This document shows positions 12,601-24,600 of a DNA stretch of 64,000 bases, piece after piece. The notes beneath the pieces are model-generated. The model was not told the origin of the DNA. It worked only from the letters and a program-made list of their open reading frames with translations, and made no database searches. Each line of letters begins with the position of its first letter. Within the stretch, counting starts at the first letter, position 1. Source of the stretch: Phyllobates terribilis (taxonomy: Eukaryota); NCBI RefSeq assembly GCF_046119375.1, contig NW_027363230.1, forward strand, positions 310,001-374,000, read 5' to 3'. The position numbers and the translations under genes were made by a program.

Positions 12601-15600
12601 ACTCAGGATGTTAATAAATGTCTCCCATTTGCTTTGTGTAGCTTTATGTCTCAGGATATCGTCCCAGTTTATTGCACTAAGATCATCTCTTAACCGTTGG
12701 AAATTTGCCTTCCTGAAGTTTAGTGTCCTTGTAACCCCTCTACTACACATCTTATTAAAGGTTACATGAAAACGTATTATTTTGTGATCACTATTACCCA
12801 AGTGACACCCAACTCGTATATTTGATATGCGGTCTGGCCTATTGGTTAATATTAGGTCTAGCAGTGCCCTCCTTCTTGTTGGGTCCTGAACCAGTTGTGA
12901 AAGGTAATTGTCTCTCATAGTTGTCAAAAACCTATTACCTTTGCTTGAACTACAGGTTTCTGTCCCCCAATGTATTTCAGGGTAGTTGAAGTCTCCCATA
13001 ATAATGACTTCTCCTTGAGTCGCTGCTTCATCTATTTGCTTTACGAGGATATTCTCCGCTACTTCCATTATTTTTGGAGACTTATAACAAACCCCTATCA
13101 GTAATTTATAATTTTTTCCCCCTCCCCTTATCTTCACCCACAGGGACTCTACATTTTCATTAGATTCACATATATCCTCCCACAAGATGGGATTTAAGGA
13201 TGATTTTACATATAAACACCCCCCCCCCCCCCTCGATTGTTTGTACGGTCATTTCTGAACAGACTATAGCCCTGTAAATTGACTGCCCAGTCATGGCTCT
13301 CGTCCAGCCACGTCTCAGATATCCCCACCATGTCATAATTATTTTCCAACAAAATTAATTCTAATTCCTCCATTTTGTTGTTGAGGCTTCTGGCATTAGT
13401 GTACATGCATTTTATGTATCTCTCTATACCTCTATTCCTTCTGTGGACAAACAGAATCCGGTTCATGGATTGAAGAAGGGTGTGGGCTGAAGGTGTGTTA
13501 TGTTGGTGTAGAATTTCAGGGGGGATAGCCCCTTTCCTCAAATTTGTGGCACATTTCTGGTAGCCTCTGTGAGTGTAATTGATCATTGCTCACTATCCTA
13601 TTTACCCGCTGGAGCTGGGATTTTGAATTGACCGTTTCATTTGTAAAGAGTGATTACTCGAAAAGTGTAAGTGACCGTTTCGATCGGTAGGTTTTGTGTA
13701 TGTCAGTGATTAGTAATCCTTGTTAGTCCTTGAGGAACATGGTATCCAGGAAACTGATTTGATGAGATCTGTGAGTCATGGTAAAGCCCAGGTCTGTCAA
13801 GGAGGAGTTCAAAAGGTCATAGAACTCATTTAGAGATTCCTGTGGACACCCCCCCACCCCCCCATATGCAAAAAATGTCATCGATGTAATGTTTCCATGC
13901 GATGGAGTGAGTATGGAAGAATAGATTGGAGTAAACTATTTGGGCTTCGAAGGTGGCCATATAACAGTTTGCATAAGGGGGGGCCATGTCAGAGCCCATT
14001 GCTGTCCCTTTAGTCTGTAGGAAGTAAGTATCTTGGAACAAGAAATAATTTTTGTTAAGAACTAAGGTCAGGAGTTCAATGCAAAGTTCAATGATCTGTC
14101 TGTGACTCAAGCAACAGACTGTGTACAGCACGTATACCTTCAGAGTGTGGAATGCACGTATAGAGTCTGTTGATATAAAAAGAAACCAAGATGCATTTAG
14201 TGGGGGACACATTTTAGGTCAGTGATAAAAATGAGAAAAGCTCCTGTATCTAGTAAAAAGGAGGGACTTTTTTTTTAATTAAAGGTGTCAATATTTTGTC
14301 TATGAAAATTGCTAAAGGTGAAAGAAGCAAATCTGTTGAGGTTACTATAGGACGACCACGAGGATGGTCAAGGCTTTTGTGAATTTTGAGGAGTACATAA
14401 AAGGCAAGTGTGATGGAATGTTGCTTAGTGAGAAAATCATGTGCCTTACTATCAATCACTCCTCTGGAGAGAAAATGTTCCATCACAGATGTTATTGCAG
14501 TCCTGACTTGATGTGTTGAGTCATGGGGTAGTCCTTGGTATGTGGAGTTATCGTTAAGTTGTCTATTGACTTCCAGGAGATAATCCTCTTTATACATCAC
14601 TACTATGGCGCCCCCTTTGTCTGCCGGTTTGATGATAAGATTGCTCTCTTCCTGAAGGCTTCTGAGGACCTGACTGTTAAGGGGAGAAATATTGGACTGG
14701 TAATGAAGCAGCCCTTTATCTACCTTGGAACTTTAGTCCTGAAAGGCACTATCCACAAAACCAATGAAGGTCTCGAGCGCGTATAAGCCATGTGGAGGAC
14801 TGTATGAACTTTTGGGGCGTAGGCAGAGACTGGCAGCCGTGATGAAGGTATTAATATCAGAGAGGGTAGAGGGAATAGAAAAGGTATTGCCTACTGTGTC
14901 CTAAGGCGTAGTGAGAGATAAAAACATTGTAACTCCATATCAAGATTTAATATGTTGTACTTGTTAGTGACAAAAAATAACCCCATTTGTAGTACAGGAA
15001 GTTGTGCAATACTCAAAGTCCTAGAGGAGATATTTACCACCAACTGTGCTGTGCCTGGGAGCAGATAACTCGGATGAAGTCCATGTTTCCGCTTGTGTTG
15101 GCCACCTCTTCTGGTCTTCTGCATCGGTAATATCTTTTTCTTTGACCTAAATAATGAGCAGAAGTGATAAAAAGGTCCCTCCTGTCCGTGTCCGAACTGG
15201 AGGTAGAAGAATCTGTAGTGGATTTGGCAAATCTGGGAGCATAATTTCTTGAGGTGTATCTGTTTTGCCATCTATAGACCCATTCTTGCTCATAATCTTC
15301 GGTATCTCTCGCAAACTTATTCCTTTTCTTGCTCTCCTTATCTCTTTGACACTGGTCGATGCTCGTCTTGATTTTGTTTTGTAGAGTGCTGAGTTTTGTT
15401 GTAGAGATAGTAGCAGCAAGTTGAGTCTCAATATTTTTTACCTGTTCCTTGATAGATAGAATAGCCTTCTGTAAGTAGTCAACTGTTAGGGTCATAAGAT
15501 TGAAAGAGCATTTATTAAGTATATGTTCAAATTTCAAACAGTACTCAGACTAATCGCTATACAGGGTTGGACGAATCAATCCCATTGGGATCCTTTATAC

Positions 15601-18600
15601 TCTCAAGTATTCCGTCAATGTGGCACAATGCAACTCGATGCTGGGGAGGTGGCTAAATTCTCGCTTCAAGTTCCATCCTCGCATCTCCAACGGGGGGACT
15701 TTTAAGAAATCACATGATAGGTTAGATTGTGCAATGATATTGGAGAACGTAGAAGAGGACATGACACTTCAGCATGCTTACGTCCTGGAGTAGATAATAG
15801 TGTAGAAAACCGCAGCACTGGTGGAATAGGGTCCAAAACCTTTGAAAAGGCAAATGAAACTTGGCACTCAAACAGGCATAATTTTAAAGTATTTAACTAG
15901 TCCAACACAGGTACAAACGTTTTGGTCCTTAAGACCTTCATCAGTGTGTACTGCAGCTTAAACACATAAAAATAAAAACTACATATATCAGACAAAAGCA
16001 TAAAAAGTACTAGAAACAAACTGTCATAAGGTATTTCTGAAATTCATAATCATCTGAAAATCCAAAACATTACAATAGAGTGCACATAATAGCTGTTGTG
16101 AGGCAGTGACTGGGATCGTATACGAGGGACGGTATATATCCCCCAGAATATGTGCAGAGACCTATTAAACCATTGGAGTGCATTGCCGTCACAGACACAG
16201 CTGTGGCTGCAATGCAGGAATGAAGTTGAGCATTGACCTGGTCAGGCTATCTGGCTAAGGCAGATTAAGTAAAATCCGGCAGGGCCTTCATTTCTTAGAG
16301 GAGGCTACAGGAAGGCAGTAGGGCGGCCTCCTCACTCCAACCCGGGTTTTCCAGTGGCTCTTGCCACAGGTCCTTTAAAAACCCTACATTAAGGATTAGT
16401 GTTGTTCAGTGTTGGAACCTGCTAGGAGCATAGCAGGAAAGCTTGGTGGACCTGTGAGTAGCTGAACCCATGCCTGGGAAGGCTCTGCACCCGTCAGGCT
16501 CTGAGCCCGTTGTTATGGACTTGTGTTAACCCGGCTGCGAACTGGAGGACTTTTCTGTTTACCCGTGAGTCTGCTGAATAAAAGCTGCTTATGTTGGACT
16601 TTCTTGGGTCACTGCCTCAGTTACTGCACTGTGTGAACACCGCCGCCTTACACTGTATAATAAGTATCTCAACTCAAGTTCCAGGTCATTGAACTGGTGC
16701 TTCCCCCTACACGCGGAGGTGACCTTGTATGCCTACTGAAGATAAGGGAGGCCTTTTGGATCCATGAACTTCAAACTCTTACCCCCAGGGGGCTCAATAT
16801 GGATTATGATTTATTGTCATTCCTGTGATGGGAGAACTGCATAGGATGTACCACATTGTTCTTGTTAACCTTGAGTTTTTCACTGTTGGAGTGTACATAT
16901 ATGTGTTTTGAGATACAGTATTTGCATGTCATTTAAGGGAGATTAATTTTCTTTCATTATCATGGTATTTATTTTGTATTCTTTATGTTGCAGAACGGCT
17001 TCTCCTTATTTTAATCACTGATCATCATCCTCCACGGCCCACAGGCTGATCCACTTACACATGTTCACCTCCTGTCATATTTCCAGGCTTATTATTCTTT
17101 TGTCCTATAGTCCTGCACGGCGTCCATCCCTCATCACACAGTGAAACGCAAACTCCCCTGTTCTGGAACGCACTCCACCCACTCAGAACACAGTCTTCCT
17201 GCTGTTGGAATGCATTACGCAGCCAAATCCGATGATACATTATATACGATTGTACACTACTGTCTGAGCACCTGGCAGGTTAAGAAAGGAAGATGCGCCA
17301 TTTAGTTATTGGAATGCAGATTTTGTTGGAGTAGTTTGCAGACACAATGTATTGGGGCACTGTTCATGGTCACCTGGCAGCTCAAAAGATGGTGACCACA
17401 AACAAACTTGGTGCTATATACCCCATTTTCCAGATCCCAGGGATTGCCTTGCTCATCACCCTTTAACCTCTTCACGACATTGGACTTATCCATACATCCA
17501 GGTCGGTAAGATCTTACCGACCTTGGATGTATAGATATGCCCATGCGATTTTGCGTGCACAGGAGCTGTGCCGCACGATTGCTGCCGGGTGTCATAGTAA
17601 CATAGTTTTTAAGGTTGAAGGAAGACTAAGTCCATCTAGTTCAACCCATAGCCTAACATGCTGATCCAGAGGAAGGCAAAAAAAAAAACATGTGGCAAAC
17701 ACTAAGCTCCACATTGGGGAAAAAAATTCCTCCCCGACTCCATACGACAATCAGACTGAATCAACGCCCTATCAAGGAATCTAGTATATATAACCTGTAA
17801 TATTATACTTTTCAAGAAAGGAATCCATGCCCTTCTTAAATTTTAACAGTGAATCACTCATTACAGCATCATGCGGCAGAGAGTTCCATAGTCTCACTGC
17901 TCTTACAGTAAAGAATCCCCGTCTGTGATTATGATTAAACCTTCTTTCCTCCAGACGTAGAAGATGCCCCCTTGTCCCCGTCTCAGGCCTCAGAGTAAAA
18001 AGATCAGTAGAAAGGTCTTTGTACTGTCCCCTCATATACTTGTACATAGTAATAAGATCACCCCCTAAGCCTTCTTTTTACCACAGTAAATAACCCCAAG
18101 TGTAATAACCTGTCTTGGTATTGCAGACCCCCCAGTCCTCTAATAAGCTTTGTCACTCTTCTCTTCACCCTCTCTGGTTCAGCTATGTCTTTCTTATACA
18201 CCGGAGACCAGAACTGTACACAGTATTCTAAGTGTGGTCGCACTAATGACTTGTATAGAGGTAAAATTATCTTCTCCTCATGAGCATCTATGCCTCTTTT
18301 AATGCATCCCATTATTTTATTTGCCTTTGCAGCAGCAGCCTGACACTGGTCACCAAACGTGAGCTTGTCGTCCACCAATACACCCAGGTCTTTTTCAGTG
18401 ACAGTTTTGCCCAGTGTTTTACAATTAAGCATATAATTATACATTTTATTTCCTCTGCCCAAGTGCATTACCTTACATTTATCCCCATTAAAGTTCATTT
18501 GCCATTTATCATCTCAAGCTTCTAGTTTACATAGATCCTCCTGTAATTTAAAATTGTCCTCCTCTGTATTGATTACCCTGCATAGTTTAGTGTCATCTGC

Positions 18601-21600
18601 AAATATTGAAATACTACTCTGTATGCCCCCTACAAGGTCATTAATAAATATGTTAAAAAGAAGGGGGCCCAATACTGACCCCTGTGGTACCCCACTGTTA
18701 ACTGAGACCCAGTCTCAGTGTGTTCCATTAATAACCACCCTTTGTTTCTTATCACTGAGCCAATTCTTAACCCACATACATATATTTTCCCCTATCCCCA
18801 TTGTTCTCATTTTATGTATCAACCTTTTGTGTGGAACCGTATCAAAAGCTTTTGAAAAGTCCATATACACAACATCCACTACATTTCCTTGGTCCAGTCC
18901 AGAACTTGCCTCCTCATAAAAGCTGATCAGATTAGTTTGACAGGAACGGTCCCTCGTAAACCCATGTTGATATTGGGTCATGAGGTTATTCTTCTTCAGA
19001 TACTCTAGTATAGCATCTCTTAGGAAACCCTCCAGGATTTTACTCACAGTAGAGGTTAAGCTTACTGGCCTATAATTTCCAAGTTTGGTTTTTGTCCCCT
19101 TTTTGAATATTGGCACCACATTTCCTTCCTATACGCCAGTCCTATGGTACAAACCCTGTTATTATGGAATCTTTAAGGATTAAAAACAATGGTCGATCTA
19201 TGACGTTACTTAATTCCTGCAGTACTCGCGGGTGTATCCCATCCGGGCCCGGGGATTTGTCAACTTTAGTGATTTTTAGACACCGCCATCAGGGGCGCAC
19301 ATAGGAATCATGGGGCCCCATAGCAGAAGTTCTAATTGGGCCCCCCCCCCCCCCAAAAAAAAGTAAATAATTGTCGGGGTCACAGAAGAGCAGATCTCAC
19401 AACTTTGCAGCCTTTACATAGTAATTTTCCTCCTGCTGAAGTCCTAGATTCCTTTTTCATTGCCCCATAAAGTGTGATGCCAACAATGCCAACAAAAGTG
19501 TCCCCAAACACAGTATGATACCCCCATGGTGAATTCCTCCACATTCACAGTATAATGACCCTATTGTACCCCACCTCAACTCCCAAGGCAAATTATGGTG
19601 ACCCCAACACAGTATGATCCCCCAACTGTGACCCCCACACAGCCCTCCATGCAGTATAATGGGCCTACATACAATATAATGGCCCCACACCTCTCCACAC
19701 TCCAGAGAGTATAATGCACTCGCCATGGTCCTCCATACATTATAAGGCACTCGCCATGGTCCTTCACACAGTATAATGCACTCGCCATGATCCTCCATAC
19801 AGTATAATGCACTCACCATGGTCCTCCACATAGTATAAGACACTCACCATGGTCCTCCACACAGTATAATGCACTCGCCATGGTCCTCCACACAGTATAA
19901 GACACTCGCCATGGTCCTCCACACAGTATAATGCACTCGCCATGGTCCTCCACGCGGTATAATGTGTAATGCACACGCCCGGACTGACTGGCGTGTGCGT
20001 GTTTATGTAGTGATTCCACTGTGCCATGAACCGGAGAGTGCCTGGAGGGGCATAACTAAGTATCTGCCCGATCCGACCAAGGTCGCACAACGGCATACGA
20101 CGCCAGTACACCAGGGAGGAACCGAGCAGAGGAACCAGGGTCTACTCCAGGTCAGACTCCGGACACGGCTGTTGACCCACACCGGGGAATACAGGAACAG
20201 GCAGACTAGGGCGCAGGCTGGGTAGGGTCCAGTACAGACTGGGAGACAAATTTGAAACCGCAGACGCGGTGGACAGAGCTGAGCAAAGCGAAAACCGCAG
20301 ACGCGGTGGACAGAGCTGAGCAAAGCGAAAACCGCAGACGCGGTGGACAGAGCTGAGCAAAGCGAAAACCGCAGACGCGGTGGACAGAGCTGAGCAAAGC
20401 GAAAACCGCAGACGCGGTGGACAGAGCTGAGCAAAGCGAAAACCGCAGACGCGGTGGACAGAGCTGAGCAAAGCGAAAACCGCAGACGCGGTGGACAGAG
20501 CTGAGCAAAGCGAAAACCGCAGACGCGGTGGACAGAGCTGAGCAAAGCGAAAACCGCAGACGCGGTGGACAGAGCTGAGCAAAGCGAAAACCGCAGACGC
20601 GGTGGGGACAGGGCTCTGTACACACGGAACAGACTAGAAGGGAAAGGCAGAACCAGATACCCACAGGGTACTTGCAGAGAAGTAGCGAGTGGACCACAAA
20701 CTCACAAACGGAAGTACAGTGACAACGAGCAGGAGTTAGGTATGAGTTCAGACTGCAGAAAAAAGGGAAAGTACGAACATAGAGAAAAACAAAACAGGCT
20801 AGGAGAGTATTCAGACAAGAACAGACACAGCAGCAAGATACAGGAGCGGGTCTAGGTATGCGGTCCCTAGAAGGCGGAACGAACAGGCAGGAGCGAGTTC
20901 ACACAGGCCTGGAAATACAGCCTCCAGGATAGGCAGAAGACAACAAGCTAGAAGATAATACAGACAGGACACAGTTCAGACACGGGAACTGATACCGAAG
21001 GCAGGAAACATAAACGGGACCTGGCATATCAGTGACCAAAGGCCAACTGATAGAGCACAATGCTCAGGCAGGGATTCATTGGAGCAGCTGGGTTAAATAC
21101 CAGATGGCAGACAGCAATAGGCTGAGGACACACAAGGGGTGTGCCTGCAGCAGGTACAAAAAGCAGGAAGTGATCGGGCGCCGCCCTTAAGCAGCAGACA
21201 CAGAGGCAAACAGCATGGAGGGAAGCCAGGCTAGCAAACTGGACTGGAGATCAAGTGCGCTCTCTTGCACAGTGGGAGATGGACCACTATGCAAGGATGC
21301 CGCCAGGTATGTTACAGTACCCCCCCCCCCTTACGCCCCCTCTTCTTCAGTCCTGCCAGAATGTTCCGCAGGGAATTCGAGGGCCAATCCTTTACTTCAA
21401 GGAGATCACTTCGACTGTCCACCGGAAAAACTGGTCTCCTCTGGGTAGCTAGGATGCTACCTCCTATCCAGCCATCCTCAGCAACAGACGAAACGGGTGG
21501 AGTACCAGGAATAGCACACAAGGAAGTCTCTCTCCACTTATTATCAGGTAGCACCCCAGAGGGTTCAGGAGACAACTGGAAGCCCTCCGACGGGTTGGAG

Positions 21601-24600
21601 GGGTGCAGAGACTCGGGGGTAACCTCTGCTTCGGGGTACATCTTGTCAAGCTCACAGGATGAAATGGGCTAGGTATCAGGTACAAGGTGTAGAAAAGTCA
21701 CTGTCTCTTTGTTATCAGGTGGTACCCCAGAGGATTCGGGAAACAACTGGGGGTCCTCCGCCGGGTCGGAAGAGTGCAGAGACTCGGGGGTAACCTCTGC
21801 TTCGGAGTACACTAGGTCGGACTCACTGGAAGAAGCGGGCGAGGTATCAGATACCGAGTATAGGAGAGTCTCTGTCCATTCGCTATCAGGTAGCACCCCG
21901 AAGGGTTCAGGAAACAACTGGAGGTCCTCCGCCTGGTCGGATGGGTGTAGAGACTCGGGGGAAACCTCTGCTTCGGAGTACACTAGGTCGGACTCACTGG
22001 ACGAAGCAGGCGAGGTATCAGGTGCAGAGTATAGGAAAGTCTCTGTCCATTCGCTACCAGGTAGCACCCCAAAGGGTTCAGGAGACAACTGGAGGTCCTC
22101 CGCCTCGTCGGAGGGGTGTAGAGACTCGGGGGTAACCTCTGCTTCGGAGTACACTAGGTCGGACTCACTGAATGAAGCGGGCGAGGTATCAGGTGCAGAG
22201 TATAGGAAAGTCTCTGTCCATTCGCTACCAGATAGCACCCCGAAGGGTTCAGGAGACAACTGGAGGTCCTATGCCTGGTCAGAGGGGTGTAGAGACTCGG
22301 GGGTAACCTCTGCTTCGGAGTACCCTTGGACAGGCTCACCGATTAAAGTGGGTGAAGTATCAGATACCAGGTGCAGGAAGTCCTCCTGTGTGGATTCTGG
22401 GTGGGCAGCAGTCTCTTCGGGCAGGAGAACTGGTGCGCTACCCACGCACATTACCCATCAGGGCTGCTCCGGGATACTGGGAAATGAAGCTTCAACAGGG
22501 ACTTCAAGGTTGGGGTCAGGAGGTCTTTGGGAGGACAGACCCTGGTGTGACGGCTTGCCTCTACGCCTATCACGTCTGGACTGCCTCTTAAGGTTGGGAA
22601 AAGTATTCCGGAGAGCGTAGTCATCCTGTGTGGATTCTGATTGGGCAGTAGTCTCTTCGGGCAGGAGTACTAGTGCTCTACCCACACACATTACCCATCG
22701 GGGCTGCTCCGGGATATTGGGAAGTGAAGCTTCAGCAGGAGCCTCCGGGTTAGGATCATCGAAGACCATTAGAAAGGCCACAAGGAAGGCCATTATGTCG
22801 AGGACGATAGGATCCTGTGTTTCCCATAGGGGGTTGATCCATTCCAAGGCATCACCCGCTAGGTTAGACATAATGAATCCCACCTTAACCCAATCGGTGG
22901 GAAAACAAAGAGGGTAGAACTTGAAGTGTAGCATGCATTGCTCCACAAATGCACGACTCTGTCTTGGATCCCCATAGTACCGTGGCGGATCCGCAGGAAC
23001 GAGAGCTGATAGATCCATCTGGACGGGTGCGTAGTTCGTCTGGAACTCAGCTAGAGAAAAAAAAAATTATTTATTTTTAATGCATGTATTCGCTGGAAAA
23101 CGTCTCAGAGATCGAAGGCCGTGGGGCTCAACGGGAACCATGGCCTGAGCATGCTGTAATGCACACGCCCGGACTGACTGGCGTGTGCGTGTTTATGTAG
23201 TGATTCCACTGTGCCATGAACCGGAGAGTGCCTGGAGGGGCGTAACTAAGTATCTGCCCGATCCGACCAAGGTCGCACGACGGCATACGACGCCAGTGCA
23301 CCAGGGAGGAACCGAGCAGAGGAACCAGGGTCTACTCCAGGTCAGACTCCGAACACAGCTGTTGACCCACATCGGGGAATACAGGAACAGGCAGACTAGG
23401 GCGCAGGCTGGGTAGGGTCCAGTACAGACTGGGAGACAAATTTGAAACCGCAGACGCGGTGGACAGAGCTGAGCAGAGCGAAAACCGCAGACGCGGTGGA
23501 CAGAGCTGAGCAAAGCAAAAACCGCAGACGCGGTGGACAGAGCTGAGCAAAGCGAAAACCGCAGACGCGGTGGACAGAGCTGAGCAAAGCGAAAACCGCA
23601 GACGCGGTGGACAGAGCTGAGCAAAGCGAAAACCGCAGACGCGGTGGACAGAGCTGAGCAAATCGAAAACCGCAGACGCGGTGGACAGAGCTGAGCAAAG
23701 CGAAAACCGCAGACGCGGTGGACAGAGCTGAGCAAAGCGAAAACCGCAGACGCGGTGGACAGAGCTGAGCAAAGCGAAAACCGCAGACGCGGTGGACAGA
23801 GCTGAGCAAAGAGAAAGCCGCAGACGCGGTGGACAGAGCTGAGCAAAGCGAAAGCCGCAGACGCGGTGGACAGAGCTGAGCAAAGCGAGAGCCGCAGACG
23901 CGGTGGACAGAGCTGAGCAAAGCGAGAGCCGCAGACGCGGTGGACAGAGCTGAGCAAAGCGAGAGCCGCAGACGCGGTGGACAGAGCTGAGCAAAGCGAG
24001 AGCCGCAGACGCGGTGGACAGAGCTGAGCAAAGCGAAAACCGCAGACGCGGTGGGGACAGGGCTCTGTACACACGGAACAGACTAGAAGGGAAAGGCAGA
24101 ACCAGATACCCACAGGGTACTTGCAGAGAAGTAGCGAGTGGACCACAAACTCACAAACGGAAGTACAGTGACAACGAGCAGGAGTTAGGTACGAGTTCAG
24201 ACTCTGCAGAAAAAAGGGAAAGTACGAACATAGAGAAAAACAAAACAGGCTAGGAGAGTATTCAGACAAGAACAGACACAGCAGCAAGATACAGGAGCGG
24301 GTCTAGGTATGCGGTCCCTAGAAGGCGGAACGAACAGGCAGGAGCGAGTTCACACAGGCCTGGAAATACAGCCTCCAGGATAGGCAGAAGACAACAAGCT
24401 AGAAGATAATACAGACAGGACACAGTTCAGACACGGGAACTGATACCGAAGGCAGGAAACATAAACGGGACCTGGCATATCAGTGACCAAAGGCCAACTG
24501 ATAGAGCACAATGCTCAGGCAGGGATTCATTGGAGCAGCTGGGTTAAATACCAGATGGCAGACAGCAATAGGCTGAGGACGCACAAGGGGTGTGCCTGCA

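Larger units (their letters stand above)
7007..17191 (-). mobile_element. Penelope-like element (PLE) 1, decayed, interrupted by Tc1, CR1 and a solo LTR
   Basis: RT pieces (13826-14212 [14 protein letters not shown]...YIDD; 14250-14600), GIY-YIG pieces (10039-10437 [16 protein letters not shown]; 9897-10082), direct pseudo-LTR repeats 7007-~7325 and 15792-16664, and an inverted 3'-derived segment at 16665-17191. Confidence 0.85.

Noticed and set aside
12391-13235. CR1 frameshifts at homopolymers (poly-T ~12414, poly-C ~13219) as biological recoding
   Set aside because: Typical slippage mutations or long-read errors; cannot be judged without raw reads
21709-22620. 303-aa + strand ORF across the 171-bp repeats
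   Set aside because: Antisense shadow of the gag-linked frame in GC-rich repeats; no ATG start or domain, though its openness cannot be fully excluded as meaningful
20255-24056. 37-bp repeats as a CRISPR array
   Set aside because: Units are head-to-tail with no unique spacers, no cas genes, eukaryotic context, and they lie inside LTRs
20003-24287. Long ORFs over the LTR VNTRs (e.g. 23193-24287)
   Set aside because: Artefacts of the 37-bp repeat
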